DNA of 39,896 nt from Octopus bimaculoides (Eukaryota), in the NCBI RefSeq assembly GCF_001194135.2, contig NC_068981.1:169616654-169656549 (forward strand), written 5' to 3'. This document shows positions 25,486-36,686 of this stretch, piece by piece; positions within the stretch are counted from its first letter, which is position 1, and each line of letters starts with the position of its first letter. The notes beneath the pieces were generated by a model that was given only the letters and a program-made list of their open reading frames with translations, searched no databases and was not told the DNA's origin. The position numbers were made by a program, and so were the translations under genes.

Positions 25486-25652
25486 TACACAAATAAATAT
25501 CATAAAAATATAACTATGATGTCTGCAATACATGTAGATTATCCTGATAGTTTCTGGTTTCTAGGTTACACAAAGCACAAAGAAAACTAGCGTGCCATTA
25601 TTGAGGCGTTCATGCATATTTTCCATCGTACATTTATTTATACACACTTATT
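25486..25652 (+). repeat. 167-bp segment identical to the reverse complement of 26859-27025
   Basis: Base-by-base identity; both copies end at N-gaps. Confidence 0.95.
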
Positions 25653-26432
25653 NNNNNNNNNNNNNNNNNNNNNNNNNNNNNNNNNNNNNNNNNNNNNNNN
25701 NNNNNNNNNNNNNNNNNNNNNNNNNNNNNNNNNNNNNNNNNNNNNNNNNNNNNNNNNNNNNNNNNNNNNNNNNNNNNNNNNNNNNNNNNNNNNNNNNNNN
25801 NNNNNNNNNNNNNNNNNNNNNNNNNNNNNNNNNNNNNNNNNNNNNNNNNNNNNNNNNNNNNNNNNNNNNNNNNNNNNNNNNNNNNNNNNNNNNNNNNNNN
25901 NNNNNNNNNNNNNNNNNNNNNNNNNNNNNNNNNNNNNNNNNNNNNNNNNNNNNNNNNNNNNNNNNNNNNNNNNNNNNNNNNNNNNNNNNNNNNNNNNNNN
26001 NNNNNNNNNNNNNNNNNNNNNNNNNNNNNNNNNNNNNNNNNNNNNNNNNNNNNNNNNNNNNNNNNNNNNNNNNNNNNNNNNNNNNNNNNNNNNNNNNNNN
26101 NNNNNNNNNNNNNNNNNNNNNNNNNNNNNNNNNNNNNNNNNNNNNNNNNNNNNNNNNNNNNNNNNNNNNNNNNNNNNNNNNNNNNNNNNNNNNNNNNNNN
26201 NNNNNNNNNNNNNNNNNNNNNNNNNNNNNNNNNNNNNNNNNNNNNNNNNNNNNNNNNNNNNNNNNNNNNNNNNNNNNNNNNNNNNNNNNNNNNNNNNNNN
26301 NNNNNNNNNNNNNNNNNNNNNNNNNNNNNNNNNNNNNNNNNNNNNNNNNNNNNNNNNNNNNNNNNNNNNNNNNNNNNNNNNNNNNNNNNNNNNNNNNNNN
26401 NNNNNNNNNNNNNNNNNNNNNNNNNNNNNNNN
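25653..26432. other. Assembly gap (N run)
   Basis: N run. Confidence 0.99.
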
Positions 26433-26588
26433 TATATATATATACATATACGACAAATCCACTCACAATGCTTTGGTAGGCCTGACGCTACAATAGAAGA
26501 CACTTGCCCAAGGTACCACGCATTGGGACTGAATCCGAGACCTTGCAGTTGGTAAGCAAGCTACTCTCCACACAGCCACACATGCGCC
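26433..26588 (-). mobile_element. Family B CORE-type SINE with intact tRNA-like head
   Basis: Minus strand GGCGCATGTGTGGCTGTGTGG (A-box), GGATTCAGTCC (B-box), ACCTTGGGCAAGTGTCTTCTA (CORE-like motif), AAAGCATTGTGAGTGGATTTG, then (TA)n. Confidence 0.9.
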
Positions 26589-26858
26589 TTTTTTAAAACT
26601 TACGGATACTCTTCTTCCTTAATTTTTACCATGAATTTAAAAATCAAGGATCTTTTGCACAACGTTGGTAGAAGTGTGTTTGGTTGCAAAAAGAAAACGG
26701 AATTTGCAGGATTTATTTTCTCTTTATTTCGTCCCTTTTTGTCTTCTTATAGTACCCTCTTGTTTTTCTCTTCAAAAATTACTTTTCGAACCTCAGTTAA
26801 TGATACATTTGGTAAAAATTATAATCTAACTAAATTGTAGTCAAAAATATAAATTCAT

Positions 26859-27025
26859 AATAAGTGTGTATAAATAAATGTACGATGGAAAATATGCATG
26901 AACGCCTCAATAATGGCACGCTAGTTTTCTTTGTGCTTTGTGTAACCTAGAAACCAGAAACTATCAGGATAATCTACATGTATTGCAGACATCATAGTTA
27001 TATTTTTATGATATTTATTTGTGTA
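26859..27025 (-). repeat. Inverted identical copy of 25486-25652
   Basis: See 25486-25652. Confidence 0.95.
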
Positions 27026-27626
27026 NNNNNNNNNNNNNNNNNNNNNNNNNNNNNNNNNNNNNNNNNNNNNNNNNNNNNNNNNNNNNNNNNNNNNNNNNNN
27101 NNNNNNNNNNNNNNNNNNNNNNNNNNNNNNNNNNNNNNNNNNNNNNNNNNNNNNNNNNNNNNNNNNNNNNNNNNNNNNNNNNNNNNNNNNNNNNNNNNNN
27201 NNNNNNNNNNNNNNNNNNNNNNNNNNNNNNNNNNNNNNNNNNNNNNNNNNNNNNNNNNNNNNNNNNNNNNNNNNNNNNNNNNNNNNNNNNNNNNNNNNNN
27301 NNNNNNNNNNNNNNNNNNNNNNNNNNNNNNNNNNNNNNNNNNNNNNNNNNNNNNNNNNNNNNNNNNNNNNNNNNNNNNNNNNNNNNNNNNNNNNNNNNNN
27401 NNNNNNNNNNNNNNNNNNNNNNNNNNNNNNNNNNNNNNNNNNNNNNNNNNNNNNNNNNNNNNNNNNNNNNNNNNNNNNNNNNNNNNNNNNNNNNNNNNNN
27501 NNNNNNNNNNNNNNNNNNNNNNNNNNNNNNNNNNNNNNNNNNNNNNNNNNNNNNNNNNNNNNNNNNNNNNNNNNNNNNNNNNNNNNNNNNNNNNNNNNNN
27601 NNNNNNNNNNNNNNNNNNNNNNNNNN
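27026..27626. other. Assembly gap (N run)
   Basis: N run. Confidence 0.99.
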
Positions 27627-27834
27627 TATATATATAGATAATGTATAAATATATGCATATATCCATACATATATGTACATACCTACATCTATATGTATAC
27701 ATACATGCGTATATGGGTACGGAACATTAAAAAGACGTTAAACTCAATGAGAAATGAAATCATAAAAACGAAAACATAGCAAACGAACTTGTTCGAAAAA
27801 CGAAGAAAACAAACAGAGAAACAAGACATGCAAC
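27627..27834 (-). repeat. Copy 2 of the diverged inverted duplication (partner 3371-3560)
   Basis: Reverse complement begins GTTGCATG like 3371; shares a 53-bp identical core. Confidence 0.9.
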
Positions 27835-27929
27835 ATAAAGAGTATACCCCTTTATCAGTTGTCCCTGTTTCATCTACTCCGCGTTTCGAAGACATAAATA
27901 TATGGTTGTGTGTACCCTTATCAGATGGA

Positions 27930-28190
27930 TAGTCATGATGGGTATACTAGGCGTTCTATATTTTATTACAGTGTCACTTTTATGGCATGCACAAGTCTCT
28001 CACTCAATAATAATAATCATAATAACAACAATAAGAACTGGTATGAACACCATTTAGAACCAGTCACTGAGGGAGAGAATATTACCATCCTATGGGATTG
28101 TGGAATACATAGAGACAAGCACATAAATGTTAACAAACCACACATCGTCATCAAAGGAAAACAAAAAGAAATGCCTGTTAATTGACATTA
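27930..28190 (+). mobile_element. R4/Dong-like LINE RLE-domain fragment
   Basis: KNWYEHHLEPVTEGENITILWDCGIHRDKHINVNKPHIVIK matches the WYEH...ILWD...NKPDIVI pattern of RLE domains (catalytic PD is PH here). Confidence 0.8.
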
Positions 28191-28218
28191 AAGAAGAGTA
28201 TCTGTAAGTTTAAACATA

Positions 28219-28252
28219 GGCGCAGGAGTGGCTGTGTGGTAAATAGCTTGCT
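28219..28252 (+). mobile_element. Family B SINE 5' head only
   Basis: GGCGCAGGAGTGGCTGTGTGGTAAATAGCTTGCT, nearly identical to the head of the 26433-26588 copy, truncated after 34 bp. Confidence 0.8.
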
Positions 28253-28299
28253 GGTAGAAATATCTCGGCAAAAGAATTTTTAAAACGCTTGAAATATTA

Positions 28300-30335
28300 A
28301 GACCTTTAGGTGAAAATATCAAGGATTTGCAATTAAAAGCTCAAACCTTCAATGCTGAATGGCTGAAGTAATTGGGCGAGAATAAAAAGAATATAAAGCA
28401 AATAATATAGACAGAACAACAGTAATTGTGTGCATGCAAACCAAAACATTCGCAACAAGAACACCCCTGGACCTGATGGGGTCGAGGGATTTTAATTGAA
28501 GAAGTTGATGTCATTACATGACAAAATCGAGCTCAAATGAATGACGTGTTAGACAACTAGGCAGAGATACCCATATGAATAAAAGCGGGCAGGACTGTAC
28601 TAAAGATTGCGCAGTAGATAATTAATGTTTCATATCCTGCTTGCCACTAGCCCGCAAATTTATGACTGAAATAATCTCTGGGACCAAGTACAAAATTCCT
28701 GAGGTGAACGAAATTCTACCAGAGGAATAGAAAGGGTGTAAAAAGAAGTGCGATATTACAAAATATTAACTGCTGATTGGTAAAACAATTCTTGTGGATT
28801 GTAAAAGCAAACACAAGAATTTATAAATGGCATGTATGAAGTATAATAAAGACTGCGACATGTCTCTCGCAGCTGGATATTTGAGTACCTGAAATTTACT
28901 CAAGTACCAGCAAATCTATTTAGGTCATCCGAAAGGTAGACCTATAAGTGTCCATCGGGCTAGCTGGAAAACAGAGTTAAATTCTTGCACGGTTGGCATG
29001 TGACGTATATTTCAGGGAAACAGCTTATCGACACTCTTATTTGTCATCTGCATGATTCTCTCTGATCCAAGTCCCAATAAATGAGCTGTGGGCTAGATGG
29101 TATTAAGATTAGCCATTTGTTATTCATGGATGATTTAAAATTATTTGGCAAAGATGAGGAGGATATTGACAGTTTAGTACCTACTATAAACTTATTTGTT
29201 AGAATATTGGGATGAGATTTGGGATTTTAAAATGTGGCATTATAACCCTGAAACATGGAAAACTAATAAACAGTAGAAAGATTGAGGTTGCGAATGGTCG
29301 GATTACTAAAGGAGTACGAGAGGTTGGATACAAATATTTGGGAATCTGAGTTTGTAAAGATCAAAAAGAAAGAAATTAGGGAGATGTTCAATAAAGAATA
29401 TCTCAAGCGGTTGAGACATGCAATGTCGTCTAAATTGAATGGAAGGGATAAGATCAAGTCACCGAATACACGGGCTGTGTACCTCATGCGCTACTGGGCA
29501 GGAGATATTAAATGGAAGAAAGACGAATTAGAATGTATTGAGAGGAAAACTAGGAAATTGATGACAATGCATAAAGAACTCCAACCAAAGAATTACTTTG
29601 CAAGACTTCATGTTAGGAGGAAGAAAGGAGGTGAAGGACTAATAAGTTGTGAAACATTATGTCAAAAGCGAAGAAAACACTTGGTATCTTAAAAATGCAA
29701 AGGGTAACATAATGTCAAATGTAAGAGTCCTTGATATAGCGAAATCTGCTGATATAATAACACCGAATGAATGAAAGAAAGTAAAAAAAGAATTTGAAAA
29801 ATAAATGCAAGGACAAAATTATGAACAAGAGATAAAGTAGGCATTGATTGGGCGAACAGTTTGTCGTGGTTTAGAAATGTCGATCTTAAAGGATGTACTG
29901 GAACTCCGGTGTGCAGCTCCGAGGAGCAAATTCTCCAAATTGTGTGAGCAGAAACCAGAAGAAATGTTAGAGAACAGCAAATTTAATCTTTTGTCGGACT
30001 TTACCATTCAGTGTTGTAGAATGATTGAGGTAAGAAGGCCAGACAATGTAATCTTCAACAAAAGAGACACAAATGATCGATATCTCTATCCAAGGAGATT
30101 ATAGGTTGAAAGATAAAGCGTACGAAAGGATGTAGAAGTATGCGTCACTGAAGGAAGAGGTGGGGAATTTGTGGGACATGAAAACGTTTTAATGATTCCA
30201 GTTGTTATCGGAGAATTGGGATACACATAGGATGGTTTCGAGGACAGTGTTAATAAAATCGGAATTGATGCAAGGTTACAGGTCATGCAGAAGACAGCAC
30301 TTCTTGGTATAGCAAGTATTTTAAGGAAAATCTGG
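28300..30335 (+). mobile_element. Decayed R4/Dong-like RLE non-LTR retrotransposon (RT through RLE to C-terminus)
   Basis: PGPDGVEGF*LKKL (28466); RIFQGNSLSTLLFVICM (29004); ISHLLFMDDLKLFGK (FMDD 29123-29134); KEYLKRLRHAMSSKLNGRDKIK...RKTRKLMTMHK...GGEGLI; DFTIQ...RRPD (RLE); IPVVIGELG; MQKTALLGIASILRK. Many stops and frameshifts. Confidence 0.92.
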
Positions 30336-30790
30336 TCTACGCAAGGCAGAGATCAGAAAGCATTAAAGGACTTTGTCAACTTGTTGAATGTTTTTTTCTG
30401 TTTTGGTTTTTTTTCTAATTACTTTCTCCCTTTTTTTTCTTTTTTCCATTTCATTTGCAGTATTATTTATACTTACAGCCAATATAGTTTACACAATATT
30501 ATTTGTATTACAAAACTGAAAAAAGTTGTGTTCAAGACGTTAGAGAAAAGAGCAAGTGTTAGAATATCACATATGTCTTTCGAATCAAAATCATTATATC
30601 ATTACGATTTTCATCATCGTCCTTTCTGTTGACATCTTTACAGTAGCCTATATTGTATTAAATACGTGCCGAATCATAATAGCACGATTTCAAAAAAAAA
30701 AAAAAATGACTTCCCTGTTCTATTAGTTTATTTCTCCTTTTATTATATATATCAACAGCCTCAAAGTTACATACAAGGCATGCACTCATA

Positions 30791-30963
30791 NNNNNNNNNN
30801 NNNNNNNNNNNNNNNNNNNNNNNNNNNNNNNNNNNNNNNNNNNNNNNNNNNNNNNNNNNNNNNNNNNNNNNNNNNNNNNNNNNNNNNNNNNNNNNNNNNN
30901 NNNNNNNNNNNNNNNNNNNNNNNNNNNNNNNNNNNNNNNNNNNNNNNNNNNNNNNNNNNNNNN
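30791..30963. other. Assembly gap (N run)
   Basis: N run. Confidence 0.99.
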
Positions 30964-31020
30964 TATATATATATAGGTATGCGTGTGTATATCTTGCAGA
31001 TAAACAAACTGAGCATTCCT

Positions 31021-31713
31021 AAATTTGTATGGAGAAAATGACATCCTTCCTTTCACGAATCTCGAATCCTTCCTTACTGCAGCGGCAGAATCTTTTTTAT
31101 GTTTGAGTGAATTTCGGTATGTCAAAATATCGATTCTTCCATTTCAATAGCATTTCACTTCTCTCGCCCGTTCTTCTACCATATATCTCTATTCTATAAT
31201 CTTTGTTTTCAAGTCTTTTTTGATCATTCCTCTTGCAATGATAATATTGCAGTTGCTTGTGCTAGGAATTGAATTTCTTTGCATTCTTATCTTAGTTCAG
31301 TTGACTCAAGAAACCCCATCATCCGTTTTCACACATTTTACATTGCATTATCTTTCAAATACTTTGTATACTCTGTCATGATGTATTCTATCTTTCGCTT
31401 GGACTGTTATAACCTCAAGCCGATTCTTTTCTCTTTGTGATTCTGTTTCTTAACAATGATGAGCAATTCAGCCATTGGATCAATAAAATTGAACTTATTT
31501 CCGTGCGAGAGTTGTTTACAAAAGCCGCTGATTTCTTCATTAGCTTTGCAAAATTTAGAATGTGCAATTGAAAACAGGGAAATCTCGGTAGAATATTTGT
31601 CAAAATATATGCATTCATTTTGCAAGAGTATTTTTGACTTTTTTCTTCTTTTGCTCATCTTTAAACAAACAAGTTGGGATCGCAGCATTAGATAATGAAT
31701 AATATTATTTCGA
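31021..31713 (-). pseudogene. Decayed coding-like segment of unknown family
   Basis: Follows a pyrimidine-rich acceptor-like tract (ttttatatcttctttcaattag). About 100 open codons (ORF 31407..31790) continue in a stop-interrupted K/E-rich frame. No motif recognised. Confidence 0.2.
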
Positions 31714-32062
31714 AAATCGGTGCTAATTGAAAGAAGATATAAAAAAAGAAAAGTATTAAGTGTAAGCATTTCTAATACTATTTTGAGCATACTTTATTGA
31801 TTAATCCTTTCCTTTATTTATAGAAAACAATTAAATATAGAGAATTAAGAAAAACAAACATATTGCACCCAAAATGTCTGTGAGAGCCGGAAGCTAAATG
31901 AATCTTCGAATCCATAGAATATAAATGATTCTTTCATAAACTGTGCCAAAGAGTTGTGCTGACATTGGTGAAGTTCAAAATATGTGCTGCAGTAAAAACA
32001 TATAGACATATGTAGATGCATGTGAGTGTGTGGTGTGCATATATATATATACATACATATAT

Positions 32063-32305
32063 NNNNNNNNNNNNNNNNNNNNNNNNNNNNNNNNNNNNNN
32101 NNNNNNNNNNNNNNNNNNNNNNNNNNNNNNNNNNNNNNNNNNNNNNNNNNNNNNNNNNNNNNNNNNNNNNNNNNNNNNNNNNNNNNNNNNNNNNNNNNNN
32201 NNNNNNNNNNNNNNNNNNNNNNNNNNNNNNNNNNNNNNNNNNNNNNNNNNNNNNNNNNNNNNNNNNNNNNNNNNNNNNNNNNNNNNNNNNNNNNNNNNNN
32301 NNNNN
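32063..32305. other. Assembly gap (N run)
   Basis: N run. Confidence 0.99.
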
Positions 32306-32744
32306 ATATATACAAGCATACTTAGACACACACACATGTATATATGTCACTTGTATTTCACCTGTTCTGCTATATTTCTATGATTGTCAAACGGTATATA
32401 AACGCATCAAAACACATTTACGAGTCACTTCACTGCTTTGGTAGGGAAGGCAGTGCATGATCATATCTACATGTATTCTGACTAACTACCGTGAAAGTAA
32501 TATATCCAATATATCCGTAGAGTTAAATGCATACAAACATACATACATGTCAATATGATGTTAAGCCTCCCTTGGACTATTGACCGCTACATCACACTTC
32601 GAAGTTTATGCATTTACAATCCCAAAACAGGAAATTGTTATGATAGACTGAATATACAAAAGAGACAGTGAAGTCTAGTGTCTCTAAAATATATCCGGAA
32701 ATGTAGATTATGAGAAACGCAATGTAATTAGCAGTTGCACGAGA

Positions 32745-33290
32745 ATTTCAGAAAGGTACTACCTCCCCATGCGACACGACGTTGATGCAAAAAGGAAATA
32801 TACAATGCTGTTCGGAAGAAAAAAAATGAGTCTTGAAATAAATATAGGCGTTCCCTTGTGATGGAAAATATACACAAACGTGAACGCTAGGATCACTAGA
32901 GGAATATTCCCATCAAAACATCTGTCAATTGTAAATATAACAGACCAGATATTGTTGTTTGGGATAGACAAGGAAATGTATGCAGCTGCATACCGATCTG
33001 TTGTCCTGCTGATGTGAATATATCTTCGAGAAGGGAAGAATAATGGAACAACTACATACAACTGATTCGAATTCTCGAGCTTCTATGTTCAGTTAATAAA
33101 TTCACATTGATACCAATAATAATCAGTGCAGCTGGTTTTGTGAGTCAGTGCTTATTTGACAATCTGGATAGGTCAGGGTTTTCAGAATGAGAAATCAACC
33201 TACTGACGCGCACGTTGCAAACCATCTGTAACTGCAATAGTAGAAATATATGCAAAGATTATGGCAACTTTAAAATGTGACAATGTTTTT
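32745..33290 (+). mobile_element. RLE non-LTR retrotransposon 3' fragment (R4-like, distinct subfamily)
   Basis: YLPMRHDV; IPIKTSVNCKYNRPDIVVWD (RPD 32942-32950); CCPADVNI; FTLIPIIISAAG; RTLQTI. This is the RHD / PD-(D/E)xK RLE pattern, nearly in one frame. Confidence 0.8.
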
Positions 33291-33784
33291 GTTATCTACA
33301 TTCCAACGATAGGACTTCGTATTTTTTTTTTTAGAAAGTAGCTCTTTCCTCAAAGGAAGAATTCAAATAATTCAAAATAGAATATACACACGCACACGCA
33401 TACCCACACGCACACACATACCACACACGTCGTTAGATATATGCGTTCACACTGACAAACACACATAATATTATTGATTATGGAGTTTGATTTTTGTCTA
33501 GACGAGCCTTTTTCTATTTATTTTATTTATGTCATTGTAAAAGTTATTACACTAGATCACTTACTCGACTAATAGATTCTCACAATAAAGTCGCTTCGGT
33601 ATGCCTATGGAATATTTATCTATGTGATTACTACAGGACATCATTTCCGGGAATTAATTTAAAATTCTATTTCTAATGTTGATTCCGTCGTTTCAAGTAC
33701 TCTCCCAAATTTATTGCATAGAAAACTGTGTAGATATGTTCTTGATAGTTAGGTTGTTTCCGTAAAAGGCCATTCACAATGCTC

Positions 33785-33859
33785 TCTCCTGGTCTTTCTC
33801 TCTCTGTCGCTTCCGCTCTCTCTGTCCTCTCTCTCTCTTTGTCCTCTCTCTCTGTCCCC

Positions 33860-33920
<61 letters not shown>
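33785..33920. repeat. (CT)n(TA)n microsatellite
   Basis: Seen directly. Confidence 0.95.
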
Positions 33921-33924
<4 letters not shown>

Positions 33925-35813
33925 CTTGGCTTCAATTTACTTACAAAGTTCTCTTGTGGCTGTATTTATTTCATTCTATATATACACACACGCCCACATA
34001 CACACACACATACGCACACGCACACACACACACAAATACACACACATATGTAAGTATGTGTGTATGTATACCTGCGTTGTTCTTGGTATATTTTCTTTCT
34101 ACTATTTGATTACTAATTAGATTATTATTTTGATCAACCGCCAGATTTCATTTTATCAGTACAATGATAGAGATAAGATCCGTACCTCCTTAACTGAGAT
34201 AATATCAACTGTCTTACATTGAACAAGGATAAATTTCAGAAGGCAATAAAACTGAAGATGATATGAATAGGCAACTATATGAAAAGTGCTTCGTGATATC
34301 CTGAATACTTTAAACTGCCTTCAGAAACAAAAAAATAAACGTTTTCCTCGCGTGCTTCATAATATATTTTAAAAATATATATATTAAAAAACGATTTCCG
34401 AAAGAATTGTTTGCTTAGATGATCGTACAGGAAACATGCCCTCAGCCAAGCAAACACCTCGTTCGTCTGTTTTTTTAAATCTCTTATGAAGGAGAATTTG
34501 CAGGAATTTAAGAATTTATAGTCCTTACGGATATTCAACTTATGCGACATTTTACGATCTCGTCTTTCAAGAAATTTTAATTATAATATTTAAAATTAAT
34601 GCAAAAGTAATATTTCAAATTCATTGTTTATTTATTTTTGTAACCTTTACAGCATGGAAAGTAGTTGCGAATCTGAAATATGTTTTTGGAAAGATGTTCA
34701 TTATAATATAAGTAATGGACTATATATCAAGTGATATTGCATTTTGTTTGCTAAACTACAAATTTAGATACCTTCTCTTAGGAGAATTTCCTACGATATA
34801 AACATAGTTTGTGACATGAATGACTGAGTGAGGTTGAAATAAACTGGCATGAAAATAGAAAACAGAAACGGATGTTGCTATATATTGTAAAAGAGATTGG
34901 ATTAAAGAAATAAATGATTAAAAACAGTATGATTTGTACATCTGTGGGTGTGTTAGTGTAATAGTTGTTTTAGAATCTTAGTTACAAATGATTGTAACTC
35001 TCGTTAAGTACTAGACTCCTCGTATATCTACTAAAGTGATACGTTGATGGTAGAAACATATTGACCTGATGGGTCATATTCCTCAAAGACATGCTTCACA
35101 AATAAAAGGAAAACATTGTAAACTAACATGCGAAATTTATAAAAAGAAAGATTGGTTCTTCGTACTAGTTGGTATTAGTGATAATTTCCCAATTTCTTGC
35201 TTTGTTACCGTAGAAAAGAAGAAGTTAACATATAGAGTATTTGATGGGAAGCTGATGAAATGTTCTTTTTCTACATTTTATGAGAAATACTTATTATTTC
35301 TGGTTGGCGTTACCAAATAGTATTGGATTATATTCCGAACATATGCAAAACTCTGTATTTGTAGGAGTGGGGAAATCGTTAAGGATGATATCCATGCTTC
35401 AAATAAACGTAAAAAATCAATATGGGCTTAAGCGGGCATTGAAATATTGTGCTTATTGAGATCATCAACAAACTAAGCAAGTAGGTATCATATAATATAT
35501 TTTATCAACAGAGCTACAATACCCTTGTTTAAGTTCTAAATTTCTTTATGGCAGCTAATTTGTTTCCTAAATTACATCATGCATTTAAAGCACATCTTGT
35601 TTGATATAATCTTCAGTATCTCAAGTTGATAATATACAAAACTATCATTCAACTACGGTAGTAGTTGAATAATATTCGTAAGGCCGCAGCATATTTCAGA
35701 GCTTGACGCTAATTCAGTTCTTAACCAAATCGATATTGTTAACATGTTTGCAGAGGTCTGATCACTAGCTACATTTTAGCATAAAACAAAATCGAGATTT
35801 GATACAGTAGAAA

Positions 35814-35857
35814 AAGCTTAGATCCAAATTTGTAGCTACAAATTTGGATATAAGTTT
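35814..35857. other. Perfect 28-bp palindrome (35822-35849) with imperfect extension
   Basis: ATCCAAATTTGTAG|CTACAAATTTGGAT, zero spacer. Confidence 0.95.
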
Positions 35858-36686
35858 AAAATAAGTAACGCCACCAATCAAGTTTAGATCTAAATAACAT
35901 TTCTATTTTAAAAGCAAAATATATTTATCTTAGCTTCAATGATAGAAGAAATCATGAAGAATGTCGTAGTTTTGTTCCCATGCAACAAATGCTTGTATCA
36001 AAAATATCATGAAAAAAGATATAAGTAAGGCAAAGAATTGAATTTAAGTATAACAAACTTTTTTTTATTTTTAAAACAAATTATATTTTATTTAAGCTTA
36101 AATGATAGAGCTCAATTCGAGGAATTTCGTGGTATCAATCTTATGCAATGAAGTTTTAAACGAAAAAAGTTATGAGTATTTGTTTCTCAAATTTTATGAA
36201 TATAGTTCTATAAGGGGACTTTTAATATATGTCACCGGTGTCATTGAGATAAGGAAAACATTATCAACAACACTGCTAATTGACATATTTGACACATTAT
36301 CAATTAGCATAATAGCATAGCCTGGAAAAAACGTGGATTACATGGTAAAATGCGAGCAAGAGAAATAATATTCTTAAGATTATAAACCTAGAAAAATAAA
36401 AATGTTCTTATTCTGTACTTAACCAGATCTAATAAGTTGTCCTGAACTTTTCCAAGTGTAACTTGTAATTTTTCCGGTTTATAATCTTAAGAATATCATT
36501 TCTCTTGCTCGCATTTTCCATGTAATAATATATAAAATATAATAGGAGATATTTTATTGGCTTTAATTTTCAGGTTTATGAAAAAGTAAAAAGAGGTTGC
36601 CGAATAATTTAAATCAACTTATATTGAATCAAGTGAAAAAAGTATTATGATTTTGTATATTACAGCATTGTCATTGGAAAACTTAC

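Noticed and set aside
4352-28252. tRNA-like A/B boxes
   Set aside because: They belong to SINE heads; no cloverleaf with an acceptor stem, so not tRNA genes.
2850-32444. Long ORFs in the ORF track filled with X, or with YI/HT/CV/MYVC repeats
   Set aside because: Artefacts of N-gaps and microsatellites; not genes.
12738-36024. Isolated plus-strand acceptor or donor candidates (12738, 14568, 34653, 35934-36024)
   Set aside because: Short open frames next to AG/GT signals are expected by chance in AT-rich DNA; no recognisable peptide and no coherent chain.
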